The position numbers and the translations under genes are program-made. Under the pieces are notes generated by a model. It ran no database searches. It saw nothing but the letters and a program-made list of their open reading frames with translations, and was not told where the DNA came from. Below are positions 11,933-25,136 of a DNA stretch of 64,000 nucleotides, piece after piece. Every line of letters begins with the position of its first letter. Positions within the stretch are counted from its first letter, which is position 1. The DNA lies in assembly GCA_950097015.1 (NCBI GenBank), contig CATNEN010000007.1:13206001-13270000 (forward strand), read 5' to 3'. Origin of the DNA: Macrostomum hystrix (lineage: Eukaryota; Animalia; Platyhelminthes).

Positions 11933-13568
11933 ATGCAAACTGGCATACTGCCACAGATACCCATTGTGACACCGCTTTGTCGCGAACCTAAAGCTGCAGC
12001 GCCTCCTATGGACTCAACCGACCTTCTGAGTCAATGCACGACGGAGTGGTCCAGATACTTCATAGCTTCCAGGATAACACCGTGTTTAAGATACACAGCT
12101 GCACTCACTGCCGACCTGAAGCCACAGTCTCAGCCAGAACACCTAGCTGGCGCTGCAGTCACTTCACAGAGTCACAGACGTCGTCGTCCTCATCAACCTA
12201 GCCCACCACCGCTGGTACTTTCAGCCGAGGATGCCACAGATTCGCCTGGCGACAGTGGCTGTGGAAGCGAAGTTGGCGGCGACAGTCCAGCTGAGCCGTC
12301 GAGTTCGCCGTCCTCCCTACACAAGTCAGTTTGCGGAGACACGGTCGGCGAGAGGCTTCAAAAGCGGGTTCAGTTTGCTGACGAGGTTGGCCAAGCACTG
12401 ACTAGAGTAAAGCTGCTTAGCATCAGCGAGCCAGTCAGTCTACTCAGTGAGACCAGTGAGTTTGACTGTTAAACGCTGCTTAACTGGGCTGCTCATTGGG
12501 AAGAGCATTAGATCATGCTGACTGAAGCTTTATACATCCAAGCTGATGTATTACAGGCCTGGTTCAGTAATTTTCAGATTAGCCAAGAAATTGTCAAATA
12601 TATTTGTGCTTCTCGCGAATTTCGTGGATTAGAGTTTATGTACTTTTCAAGCACATTTTGATCTATGTTAGGCCTTCTACGAGGGTATATTTAGCAAAGA
12701 AGTATCCAAACAATTATTTGTTGTATACGCAGTCGCAGACAAAATAGTAGTACGCTGTAGTACGTTGCTGATCTTTCGCATTGAAATAAAAAATGACGAT
12801 ATCATTTTCTTTATATTTGTTACTCTCAAGAGAAAATTCGAAATCAAACTAAAACCAAACAGTTTTTCAAACGTGCACATTTGTATAGAGCTATGTTTGC
12901 AAGTATTGGCGAAATGAACATTTTACACAATGCCTTCATTTTTTTGTCTCTGGAAAGGCTACTTAAAGTAGCGTAATGACAGTTTTCGTTAAAAAACTGC
13001 AGATGCAAGCACTACGGACCACAGACGGTGCCAGCAGCAGCAGAAGCAACAGCAACAGCCGCCGCAGGCAGAATGTGGCAGGCCGCAACTTAAGTGTAAA
13101 TTCAGTCAACCTATCTCAAAGTACATTGTTTTCCGTGAGTCCCTCGAACGCAACCTTGTGAGCCTCAGCCTGGTGCACCTGGACCCCGGAGCCATCAGGG
13201 GCTCTATAGCCGTAAAGAATGTCAGCTTTCGCAAGAGAGTCTTCGTCCGCGTCAGCTTTGACTGCTGGCACAGCTTCCAAGACGCTGAGGCCACTTACAA
13301 TGGGTCGGAGGGGCAGCAAGACAACTTTGCCTTCACTCTGCGTTGCCCCAGCAATCAGCAGGCAGACGTGCAGTTCAGCGTCTGCTTCGAGTGTGACTTC
13401 GGTATATTCTGGGACAACAATGGCGGCGAGAACTATCACATCAGCGTCAGTCTGGCCGTGCCAGCTGCTTGCGGATACACGCGAGACTTCAAACCGGACT
13501 ACAGAGGAGTGTCAGAGTTCTCAGAATTCTCGGCCTGGGAACACTTTGATGATCGAGTTTATTACTAA
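11933..13568 (+). CDS. PPP1R3: Protein phosphatase 1 glycogen-targeting regulatory subunit (PPP1R3/PTG family); exons 11933-12455 and 13003-13568, start uncertain
   Basis: PP1-binding KRVQFADEVG (RVxF) in exon 1. Phase-1 GTGAGT...CTGCAG intron 12456-13002 joins in frame to FSQPISKYIVFRESL and a CBM21 domain (GSIAVKNVSFRKRVFVRVSFDCW, FWDNNGGENY). Confidence 0.9.
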
Positions 13569-14969
13569 AGAGCTGGGCACGTATAGTGCTCGTATAGTTA
13601 TGCTGCTATCGTAAATTTATGTAACTTACAATTTCAAAAGCTCTGCATCAGAATGTCCTTATCTCCATGTACTATAGTTGAGCCTGCTCCGTGCATTATT
13701 AGGAATTCTTTTGTATAATCTGATGCTGCACTTGCAGCGCAGAGGTTCAAATGCTATTGCTGGTGCTCTTGTAAAAATTGAGATTGTTTATTAACTACAT
13801 ATAAATATTCTATTTTTTGCTCCCCTTTCGGCCACCGGCACGACCCAGCTTCCTTATCGCCTACTAATGCCTACTAAATGCTTGTACTTGCAGGCCCCTG
13901 TTACTAGTGTCCTCTATCGCGCTTCTTGTTGTTTAGATCTCCTAACGTCCTCACACTAAGAAGTTGTTTCTTTTATTGCTGTAAAAACTTTTTTGCAGTC
14001 AAATGTTTTTCCAGGAACTGTTAGACCGTGCAAGCCTGCCGATGCCATGCAGATCATCTTGAAATGTCTCGGCTGGCTTGCACGGAGGCGTGAACCTGTC
14101 CTTCGCCATTTAGCCACTTTTGATTTCATTCATGATCAGCTACCCCCAGGGGCTGCTTCAAAAACACAATAGAATTTCGTTCTCCTTGCTTTGCCATTGA
14201 TACAGTTGTAAAATGCATTTTCGATTAGAGTTCGCCTTCATTTATGTTTCACTAGCCCTCAAATACCCTGAGGATAAATAAGCCTATTAAATATACTTCT
14301 ATGTAGTATTTGCATTACATTTTTTGCCGCTTCGTTTGACAAAATGCAGAATGTTTTGTAACTGGATGTCCGATCTACTGCAAAAATATAAAAACTCGAT
14401 CTCAATAAACGATCGTTCTCCCCGCCAGAAACCAGTCATCGTAGTTAGTTGCCGAAAGCAATCAAATGTGGCTTTTTCGTTCTCCCCGCCAGAACGGCTC
14501 AACCGATTTTCACCATTTATTCACCAAAAGATGCCAAATATGGGGGGCAAATATACACGTATTTTTATCAAGCTTAACTTCATTGCTAAGGGGATTAAAT
14601 ATTCGAAAAACTGTTTTAGATAGGATTTTTAATGCATTCAATCAGCATATTGGTATTGGTATACCACTGCCAATTTTAATGATTGCATCAGAGCCAGTTT
14701 TGTTAAAAGTGAGCACACAAGAATTTCACAGTGTCAAATGTACATAGCTGTGTCAACCCCACTTGTGAGATGATAGTCAGTGCGAATTTATAAATATATT
14801 TGCATCACAGCTTTTCTCACCCGTGTGTGTTTGATTCTAATAGGTAAAATGTGCATAGCAGACTTCAATTCAATTCAAAGATATATCGCTCAATACTTGC
14901 GAGACATCTACTAATTTCTTACAACAACATATATAAATCATCAAACCTTGTCTCAATTTCAATCGAGAA

Positions 14970-15130
14970 AAGTGTCCAACAGTTTTCTGAATGTGTCCCA
15001 CAGTTTTCTAAATGTGTCCAAACGTTTTCTGAATGTGTCCATAAGTTTTCTAAATGTGTTCAATAGTTTTCTAAATGTGTCCATTTAATTACACAATTTT
15101 CTAAATGCGTCTAAAAGTTTTTAAATATGT
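14970..15130. repeat. Degenerate ~21-bp tandem repeat (GTTTTCTAAATGTGTCCA core)
   Basis: 6-7 visible imperfect copies. Confidence 0.7.
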
Positions 15131-15314
15131 TGAACACCTAATAATGGAGTCAAACAGTTTTCTAAGGAGTCCAACGGTTTATAAAGGAGTCAAACAGTGC
15201 CACATGTAACAGGAGATGTAACAGGAGATATTTGTTGCCTGCTGGGCTGAGTAAAATCGTTTCTCTGCTATATGGGGGCAATGGTTTCCTGTCAATGAAA
15301 GAGGGCAAATATTT

Positions 15315-15428
15315 TGCTGCTGGGGGACATTGGTTCTCTGCTGCTGAGGGGACATTAGTTCTCTGCTTTTTGGGTGACATTGGTTATTTACTGCTGGGGG
15401 GACACTGGTTCTCTGCTGCTGAGGGGAT
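15315..15428. repeat. ~24-bp tandem repeat (GGGGACATTGGTTCTCTGCTGCTG) ~4.5 copies
   Basis: Directly visible imperfect copies. Confidence 0.7.
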
Positions 15429-16703
15429 AGTATTCCCATATAGTATAGGGGATAGTAGTATTGTAACACACTAAAAGTGGGGAACGAACCTCGCGCTGGC
15501 AGACCGAGACCGGTTTCTGGCTTGTTTGCCTTCGTCAGTCAGCCATAGCCACACGCCGTCCTCTCCCACCACTCTTAGTGTGCACAGAAGTCTGTTTTAA
15601 CCTTGCCATTTTTATGGCGATACTTTTTAGTGTTATGTGAGAGCTTTGCAGCCAAGTCTTTGCTTTTCTACTGTTGTCAGTAGTCTGAATTGTATCTCTC
15701 ACAAGTATCAAACGTAAGTTGATTTTGTAATTCTGCCCTAATAGGGCCTTGGTGTACAGACCGAATGTCTCAGAATGTATTCCAGCTCAGACTAACTAAT
15801 TTTGTATTTAGTGCGAATCAAAGTCTCGTTTAATCGCAATCACGTATATTAGTTTTTCTACATCGTTTCCATTAAAAAAGTTTCTTTAAGTTTAAATATT
15901 AAAGTAGCTTGCGTTTTTATTAATTATTTTGCATACTTAAAGCAAGAACAACTTTATCTCGCCTGTAAAGTACATTTGTGAAATTGTAATATTTGTTAAA
16001 ACAATGATATTCAATATTTCGTCAAACTTCGTCCTGCAAATTTTCGTAGAAATTCCCTATTAAGATTCTGTTAGTTATAGAAATTGGTGGACGTTTTTAG
16101 CTAGGGCCTGTTGTTGTCTGCTTGACTTTTTATTAGCCTTAATATCACAATAGCAACCAAATACTGCGACCGAAAATTGTATGCTTTTTAAAACTTGTTT
16201 TAGAGAGCAATTTTAAGAACATAGGCTGAGCTTTGAACCCTTCAACTGTAAAGTACAAACAAACGTGTCCATGCCCCCTTAATTATTTATAAATAAATTA
16301 ATAATTGATTATGAATTAAATTATAACTATTGTCTTGCATGTGAGATTCCAAGTTTTTTTGCTGCAATAGTAAGCCATAAATATAATTAGTTTTTAAAGA
16401 GAACAACTGACTTGTGCTAGATATTTTTTAATTTTTCGTTTATAGTTTTATCAAAAGTAAAGTAGATTGCTTGAAGATGTCAATAGCGAGAAATGGTAAG
16501 TTAAAAATGTCAAAGAAAGCTTTATTTTTTAATATATTGTTAAATGTATTTATTTTTAACAATTGTAATAGGGTAATATAAATCAACTTTTATAACATTT
16601 TTTCACTTACTGCTAGATAGGTATATGCCATAGTTCGGAACACTTTGTATGTAACCCAGAAAAATGAACTACATTTTTGATGTACGCCAATGTACTCCAT
16701 ATA

Positions 16704-16909
16704 ACTGGTGTCCCAAAAAAGGGCAACACTTTGTGTGCTAACTGTGAGTGATCCGTTTTGCCTATCACCCTGTAGTTCAACAACAGTTTGACAGAAAGCA
16801 TCTGTAAGTTTTTACCCAGAAAATTTGGCCTTGAAAACTTATTTAGGAGGTGAGCTATTGAGCTTAGAAATGTATGCTTGCTATTTTTGTCCTTTTTTGG
16901 GACACCCAT
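16704..16909. mobile_element. Tc1/mariner-type MITE
   Basis: Inverted repeats GGTGTCCCAAAAAAGG (16707-16722) / CCTTTTTTGGGACACC (16891-16906), flanked by TA on both sides. Confidence 0.65.
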
Positions 16910-19410
16910 TATAATTTTATAGTTTGTAGCATAACTTGGAAGTCAAAAAACACGGAAGTCAGTTTTACGTTAATTGTCAAAATTTAAATGCAAGCATGGA
17001 TAACTATTACAACTATGACTATTATTGATAACATATGTAACTTGTTTAATATTTTGTTTAATTTTTTGTGTATGTCATAATGTATGCCAAACATGTATGC
17101 CAAAAGTCCTAAAATCTTTAGGATTTTTGCCAACATGTATGCCAACATGTTTGCCAAATTTTTTTTGTGTACCCCAGAAATTTCCAGGGTACATGCTATC
17201 TTCCGGACTATGGGGTATATGGGACTTGCAAGATCTAATCTGATTTTATATGTATGTGCTCACAAAACAGATGGGAGAGACAGGCAGCTGTGGTCTTTAA
17301 GCTGAGACCCAACACCTACAACTCTTGAAGTTACAGACAAAGCAGTATGTCAGTGTCACAGTTGGCTCCGGCCGAAATTGTCATATTCTAAATCATCATA
17401 TGCCGGTTGTAAAAACATAACAACATTATCTAAATCGTCATATTGTCGCATTGGGCAATGTGACATTAGCAAAATTGTCATATTGTTATATTATTGGCTC
17501 CGCAAACAGCTTTGTTGAAAGCATAAGCAAAGCAAAGCATATGTTTTTGGCCTTGTCTCACTTGGCTTTACAAAAATAATGTCATTTGAGCTACTCAAAT
17601 TACATAAAATGTGCACTGAATTTTGTTTAGCATGTAGCTATGTACATGTAACTTAAACATGCCCTTCTATTGCATCTTCATTCCATAGCAATGCCAATTA
17701 TTTGCATGATGTACACATGCACAAGTACACTGATACTACAGTTCAAGTTGTGCATGCTGCGAGTTTTATAAACAGGCACACAGCTCTTAGAGGCAATTCA
17801 TTGTTTGACTTTAATTGAAACAGGAGCATGAGATCTACAAATACTGAACTGATTCAATTGATCTTTTCTGCAGTAGTAGTTTACTTTTCTATGTGTACAG
17901 CAACATCAGTAAAGTGTTGTGTTGAAGTCATATATGTATCCGTGCATTGTTTGTCACAAAGATGTGTGACCCAAGCAACATGGCCTTCAGTGTGACATTA
18001 ATTGTTCGAATTATGCATCATCAAATCGCATTCGTAATTGAAATAGGCAATGAACAAATAGTCAAGATCGTCATATTAAATTTAATATTGTGATATTTTT
18101 GTACAAATTGTCATCATCATATGACGTTTAAGAATATGATGATTTGATCTGTACCCTCGCAGTTTGCTGTTGGCCTTGGCACTTTTGCTCCCTTGGCTGG
18201 TGCAAGAGGACTAGTGCCAAAGGGACTTGTTTGCTATGGCCAAGACTTTGCAAGCAGTGGCCCTGGCCTAGCAACATTTAGTGGTGCTGGTGCAGGGTGA
18301 TGCTCAGGTCTAGAATGATGGTCATGGCCATCAGGTCTCTAGAAAAGAAACTTTTGGGGTAGGAGCCCTATGCACACCACTATTATATTGTAATAAGTTG
18401 ACAAATGGCATCGGACCATTCATGGCATTTTCTGAATTTTCTTGTGTTGCATTGCAGTGGAGTCAAGGTAGGTAGTGTTGCAACAGCAACAGGATGCGGT
18501 GTAGCCATGGCACTGAATGACCTTTTAGGGTTAACTCTAACATTAACATATTTTGTCTTATATAGCATTTTGAGCTACAATTTTAGACCCTATGTTGGCA
18601 CATCCAAAGGGTTTTTTATACTTATTACAATAGGGGTGCACACCTAAGGCATAGCAAAGTAGGGCATAGGTCATTTGTACTACTTCTATGCTATATAGTA
18701 GGATTGGCTCTACTGTGTTTGTGGCCTAAGAAAGTTTGGAGCTTGCAGAGACACCAGTCATTTATGGCAATAAGATTTTTGTGCCTGGGTGAAGCTGGAT
18801 AAAATTGGCATTCAGAGTGCCACAGAAATTCTTAATCATTCAACCAACAATAAGCACCTATGTCAAAAACACGATTGTGTGATAGAATTTTATCAAGCAG
18901 GTGACCTAGGTTGTTCTAGCCTCAGTCTCTATAGGATTCTTGCTGGTGCAGGGGGCTGTCAAAGGCAAAGGACCAAGGCACTCAAAGGGAACCACATGTC
19001 TAGCAGGGCTTTGGACATGGCAGGCAAGAGCAGGAAGCCAACACCCCCAATGCTCTGGATTGTGTCTAGGGGCCTTGAATTGCTACCCAAGTTCCTGCAT
19101 TGCTCTTGGACAGCCAAAGCCAAAGATGCCCAGGTTAGCTGCCAGCTGGGTTAGCTCCTGCAGCCTCCATGGATGACTGAGGGTGCAGGTACTAAAGGTG
19201 GTAAGCCAAATTTGGGGTAGAAGTGGTAGTGGTTGACTCATCTCTTGGTTCATTTTACTTGCACATGCATTGCAGAGAGATAACTGGGGTGGAAATGCTG
19301 GCCATTGTGGATCTGGCTGAGTGGGCTGCAAGTCCAGCTTGGTTTAGTGAGCATTGCTGCAGAGCTCTCTATGCTGGGCAGTATAAAGTGCCATGTAGTT
19401 TATTCTAGAG

Positions 19411-19817
19411 CAGGGGTTGGCAAACTCTGGCCCATGGGCCAGATGTCGCCCTTAAAGCTCCTAAATCCAGCCAGCCTGTTTCCCCTTCCAACACCTTCAG
19501 TATCCCGTCTCATGTCTCTCTCATATGGAGATGCAGAGTCTTATCCTCTCCTTAGTCTCGTCTCTTCCATGTCTCATCTGTACTGTCTTGTCTTTCCCCT
19601 TTTCTCATATCTCTTGTCTCGCTCCTGTTTCACCCCTCCCTATCTTATCTATCCCATGTCTCATCTCTCCTGTGTCTCATCTCTTCCCTTTCTCATCTCT
19701 CCCCTTTTTTTATCTCTCCCACATATTCACATATTCTTGCATTTAAGGCAGCCCACTGTAGTCTTTTACCCTCTCTCCATGGCATGGCCTGCATGTTAAT
19801 AAGTTTGACAACCCCTG
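19411..19817. mobile_element. hAT (Charlie/Buster-type) MITE
   Basis: TIR CAGGGGTTGGCAAACT / AGTTTGACAACCCCTG. Perfect 8-bp TSD TTCTAGAG (19403-19410, 19818-19825) matches the NTCTAGAN preference of this group. Confidence 0.92.
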
Positions 19818-20633
19818 TTCTAGAGTAGAACAGATGTACAAATGAGCAAAATAGACTGTTAAAAATAGTTGCTTTTGAAAAACTTGTTAAAAGCTTCTAA
19901 TGCCAAGTTCTTAGTAATCTGCAATATAATATAAAGATTAAAAAGAATGGAACTGTGATTAACTATTGGACTGTTTTGAAATATAAAGCTAAACCCTTTT
20001 AGACAGTATAGTTAGCTGGCTATTACACTATCAATGATTTCTTAGAAACTAGTTTGAAATAAAAATTTCTGTGTGTTAAATTTGTTTTAGATGAAATTTA
20101 TCTTCAGAGATTTTTTACTTTTAGCTGTTTTTTATATGTTGCTAACATATTTCTTTAATCAATAAATCCAAAGATTTATAGATGCTTTCAATCAGTCAAA
20201 TAACCTTATACTGTACTGTACTGTAAATACTGTAAATTAAAATTTGCAAGTGTCTTATGTGTACAGTTTTGAAATTTTAGTAAAAAAACACAAATAGTTT
20301 TGACAAAAACATAGAATAGTGTATTGTTGTAGTAATTAGTTAGATAGCTTAACCAGATAAGCAATTCAATATCTAGATTAAGCATTTTCTCTTTAGGTAA
20401 AAGTTATATACTCGTAGTTGGCTGTAAATATTTGAAGATATTTTTAAACATTTTTTCTGACAGTTTATTTAGGTAACCCATGACTGTGAGAGGAAAGTCA
20501 CTACTATAGTTATAATAATAACTATTTTAATAACTATAATAACTAATAACTATTTTTGGGATGGTTTTGGGCACTGACATCTTTGTAACTATATACCTGT
20601 AGCAAGCAAGAGCCCAATATGCTGACACCTGAA

Positions 20634-20637
20634 CATA

Positions 20638-20678
<41 letters not shown>

Positions 20679-20799
20679 ATAACATATGCAGGCAAACACT
20701 GAGATGCAAATCTGTCCTAATTTTCTCATCATCAGGCAGTGTAAACTCAGGCACTCTCACTCTGCTTAGAGGTTGGCCCTCAATGGCATAAATTGCATA

Positions 20800-20838
<39 letters not shown>

Positions 20839-20960
20839 ATAACATATGCAGGCAAACACTGAGATGCAAATCTGTCCTAGTTTTCTCATCATCAGGCAGT
20901 GTAAACTCAGGCACTCTCACTCTGCTTAGAGGTTGGCCCTCAATGGCATAAATTGCATAG
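20634..20960. repeat. ~150-165-bp tandem repeat containing (AC)n, copies 1-2 (array split by the CACTA insertion)
   Basis: Unit (AC)n-AGATAACATATGCAGG...GGCATAAATTGCATAG; the array resumes at 29218. Confidence 0.93.
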
Positions 20961-21961
20961 CCCGCCTGGCCTTTTTAGTCCGGAAAACAAGAAAATAGCC
21001 CGGTGGTTGTTCCGGTGCTTCATCCGGTACGTAATGCATTTTTCCCATTTAAAAAACCGGACGAAAACCGGAGTATAGTTAACAAAACGGACCAACGCGT
21101 GAAAATTTTGGCCTTTCGTCCGGTTGACTGTCCGGTGTTGGTCCGGAAATTCATCCAGAGTGCAGTCCGGCTTTGGCCGGACGATAATCGGAGCAAATTC
21201 CGGACGAAAACCGGACGACCGTACCTGACAGTAAAACCGGATCAGTTTCCGGACTAGTTTCCGGATAAAATCCGGACGAATATACCTGACAGTAAAACCG
21301 GATCAGTTTCCGGACTAGTTTCCGGATAAAATCCGGACGAATATACCTGACAGTGAAACCGGACCAGTTTCCGGGTACGTTACCGGACGAAAGGTGCCAG
21401 AAATTTCATACTATTCTAAGCAGGTTCATACGACGCATATTTATATGCATATGAAATGTATCCGTTGTATGGAGAATAGTTGCCTCGTATTCTAAATTTT
21501 CTGGTGCTTTCAGCCTACTCACGATGCATAAAAACATTGAAGATATAATCGATGAGAACATCCCTGTTTCGTCATTAGCTAAGTGCAAAGTGCAAAGTGC
21601 AAAGTAGCACTCTCTGCGCACAAAACATTTATTCTGCACGATCGAAACTCTGCACGAACACAATGGAACACGATCGAAACTCTGCACGAACACACAGTCA
21701 GGGAGAGTCCAGTCAGGGACTTTACACAGTGCACCAACTGTGCACGAACACTATGGAACACGATCGAAACTCTGCACGAACACACAGTCAGGGAGAGTCC
21801 AGTCAGGGACTTTACACAGTGCACCAGCTGTGCACGAACACTATATCTCAGGGCCTAAAGAGCTAGTAAAAATAAATTTGCTGCCTATACTGTCTATAAT
21901 TAAAGTGAATTTGGCGAAATTGAAGCAGTTTGTCGCCTTCGTGTCCTTCGGGACGAACAGA

Positions 21962-23995
21962 CTAGGCTGCGTCCTTCTGCAGCAAGTTCGCCATGAAGTC
22001 GTCCTGCACATCCCCAAGAAGACTGCCTAGCACTTGACTGCCTCCGGCGACTGCAGCAGCTTCGGCGGCAGCCGATCCGGCGACATCAGCAGTGGCTCCA
22101 GCGGCTGCAGCAGTGGCTCCGGCGGCTGCAGCAGCTCCGGCAGCAGCCGATCCGGCGACATCAGCAGTGGCTCCGGCGGCTGCAGCAGCTCCGGCGGCAG
22201 CCGATCCGGCGCCGTTACTGGCTCTTGCGGATCTGGAAGGCTTCTGCGTCGACGACTGCTTCGGACGCGGGGCTGCCTTGTCGCAATTCTTTGATCGCAC
22301 GTGCTTCGGTAGACCCAGGCGCTGCCGGGCAGTTTCACCGCAGCGCGTAAATGCCCGACGCAGCTGGCGGTCGTTGAAAGCCACATTGCTGCTGCGCAGC
22401 CACTCTTTAGCGGCTGCCAGCTTACCAGGATTCGCGGGCGTAGACACATAGCCGGGCGTCTTGCGCCCGGAGATGGTTGAGTGGGCCAACTCCTGCTCCG
22501 TAAAGAGGGCCCTGAACAGGGCTCTTAGTACGGCCAATTTGGCGAAATGGCCATTATCACTTTGCGGTGCATCGATATCGACGGATGGCTTCGAGGCTTC
22601 GCGGAAGTCCTCGAGCCGCTGGTCTAGCTGAATTCGCGACGAGGATGACACCTTGACAAAGTTTTGTGAATCCGACAGGCTGACGAGACAGGCGTCTGTG
22701 TTGGATGAATGTCCTGCATCGGTATGCGAGCTGGCCTTGTGGCAGGCAGCCACCAAAGCTCGCGTCTGCGAAGCGGACAGGGTACCGTGGGCCATAAATT
22801 CGGATTCTAAATTCGATTCGTCGCCGGTGTTCGCGCTGTCGTCTTCGTCCGCGTCCTGCTGTGACCTGGACACTGAAGCATTGTTTTTGCAGCCGGCTGC
22901 GAGAATCTGCGAGGCGCTGACCAAATGCGAGTTGGCGTTAGCTGCCGTTCGCTGCAGTGCAACGCATTTGGCCTCCGCAGCCTCAACTTGTCGCAGCAGT
23001 TTGGCCTCCATTTTCGACGAAACCGTGATTTTTTGCTCCAGATCTCGACAAGCCTCCTTCAGGTGAGCGGCCTCGGCGCGTGTCTTCCGGAGTTGAGTGC
23101 CTAAATGAAATCATATGACGTACTTTGTCTGAAGAACGTAAGTTAAGCACTTTGAATTCGCACAGCCTGTACCTGCATAACCTAGCTGCATCTCGATCTG
23201 CAGCCTTCTTCCCTGTTTCTCCCCGTTAGTCCCCAAAGTCTTACCCAGAGTTTCTGAAAGCGACGCGGCCCTTTGCAGCTCGAGCTGCAGTCCCCTACAG
23301 GACTGGCAGGAGCGTGGCAGCTCAACGGGCTGCGAGTGGACGTTTGTTAATTTGGCTGCTCCCGTAGCTGCAGCTTTGTCTTCGAAAGGTCCTCGCACGA
23401 GTGTGCCCCGGTAACGCCGAGCCGATTTGCGGTTTGTTTTAGCGGTGACGATGAGTACGACGCTGCCGAGTTCAACTGGGACGGGGGAATCGCGCTTACG
23501 AGCCACGATGAGTGGCGTTGAAGTGGCCCCGTCGGTACCCACGACCTCCGTACGTTCGTGGTAATTCTCATACTGGAAAAGAAAATAGCGAGCTCGGTTC
23601 TCCGCCTTGTACGGTTCCATGTCTACCATGCAGGGTGCCACGTCAAACGAGGGGTTTAAATTCTCTTCGTCCCCGATCTCATCGTCACGGGCAGTTCCAT
23701 TGCCTGAAGTCCCTGGTCTGTCACCCGCATTCGCAAGATGAGCTCGATCAGAAATTAGCATTACGCGCTTCTTCGTTGGAGGAGGTGGCGGGGGAGGGGG
23801 TTCAGACACGACCGATGACCGTGCGGCATCGTCTGTTGGCACCGCTCCCGTCAGCTCCGAAGTGCCTGGTTTGCGCTTCTCAGGTTTGCGCTTCTCAGGT
23901 TTGCGCTTCGCTTCTGAGATCTCAGAACGACGTTTTCGGTGTTTGCTCTGTTCTGCTTCTTTCATTTCTTTCAATACTTTTCTGTCGCGCCCCAT
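21962..23995 (-). CDS. Transposon accessory protein (~650 aa): basic N-terminus, coiled coil, BEN-like domain, Ala-rich tail; exons 23995-23182 and 23100-21962
   Basis: A GT...AG phase-1 intron (23181-23101) fuses ORFs 23111-23995 and 21962-23011 in frame. LRALFRALFTEQELAHSTISGRK...ANPGKLAAAKEWL...QLRRAF resembles the BEN domain pattern. Confidence 0.72.
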
Positions 23996-24533
23996 TTTTC
24001 AGCGCTGATAGATCTGAAGGAGGGGAAATGAATTATCATATTGTTTTGCTCAAAGTGGCGTCTCCGAGAAATGAGTATCCTTGTGAAAGGATGAAGGTTT
24101 TAAATGGAGGTAAGTCTGAAAGACCGAAAGCCTTAATCCCGAGATCAAGCCGTTAAACTGGTTCGGAGGTTAAATATATTTAGTCTCGTAGATGTTCGCC
24201 TTAGTCTGCAACTAAAAACGCCGATTGTCAACCAACCAATAAATTCATTTAAGTGATCACTTTGTCGAAACTTCCTGATATTTTTAAAGTGATATTTTCG
24301 AACATATTGATATATCAATCCATATATGGAAGACAGATTCAGGTTTTCGGGCTGCGATGCTGCAAATCTCGCAGCGGCCGTCTGCGTCGGCGCAGTGGCC
24401 GCATGGCCTCGATGGGTGCCTCCGGTGGGGTGGGGGGCATGTCTATTGCCCAGAACTGGGCGTCGTGATTCAGCTTCGGCTGGTTGCTTCTATGTCTGCC
24501 CGCCAGCTGCAGACGCTTTCTACGGCTGTCGGG

Positions 24534-25136
24534 TTACATACCTGCATACCAGCCTTCACACTCCGGGCAGCAATGGGCCTCCAGTTCCATTGGGTCGGCT
24601 TGTCGGCGGCAGACGTACACGCTCGCTGGACCGGCGGCCTTCTTCTCTGGAAGCCGGTTGTAGTCAGCTTTCATTTCTGCCGCTGACTTTCCAAAGAAAA
24701 GGCCACCTGGTCGGCCGACGAACACAAGGTCTCCAGCAGCAGCTCCGGCGGCAGCCGATCCGGCGACATCAGCAGGGGCTCCGGTGACTGCAGCAGCTCC
24801 GGCGGCATCAGCAGGGGCTCCAATGGCAGCATCAGACGGAACGTTGTCTGAGCCGTCGTCTAAATGCAGGGGTCCGGACCATTGGCCAGTGGATGCCGCC
24901 AATGGACGCCGGGGCGTCACGCTTTCGGCCTGATGCTGCAGATTCGGCCATGCGCCTGACATCACCTGCGTTGATGGTAGCTCGTCTGAAGCGCAAAGTG
25001 CTCGGTGGTATCGCAAAGCCAAACTGGAGTGAAAAACAGGCGACGTCGGTCGACTCTGGCTGCCTTCGCGAAGCCGGAGCAGCTCGACCCGCAGCATCTT
25101 GTTGTCTTCAGATAACAAGGTATATTTTCTACACAC
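24534..25136 (-). CDS. Uncharacterised ORF/exon within the CACTA element; boundaries uncertain
   Basis: 200-codon ORF co-oriented with the other element genes; shares the ADVAGSAAAGAAA block with the BEN-like gene. Confidence 0.4.
   Translation of the reverse strand: MCRKYTLLSEDNKMLRVELLRLREGSQSRPTSPVFHSSLALRYHRALCASDELPSTQVMSGAWPNLQHQAESVTPRRPLAASTGQWSGPLHLDDGSDNVPSDAAIGAPADAAGAAAVTGAPADVAGSAAAGAAAGDLVFVGRPGGLFFGKSAAEMKADYNRLPEKKAAGPASVYVCRRQADPMELEAHCCPECEGWYAGM

Noticed and set aside
18150-19400. Decayed DIRS/tyrosine-recombinase element (…IVDLAEWAASPAWFSEHC…)
   Set aside because: Only a faint resemblance to recombinase C-termini with many stops; cannot be supported without a profile search.
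20634-20960. Hammerhead ribozyme (retrozyme) in the ~160-bp tandem repeat (minus-strand CTGATGA)
   Set aside because: No stem II followed by GAAA and no stem III could be built. The same holds for CTGATGA in the 26-mer and for CCGATGA...GAAAC near 53740-53767. An Infernal search would be decisive.
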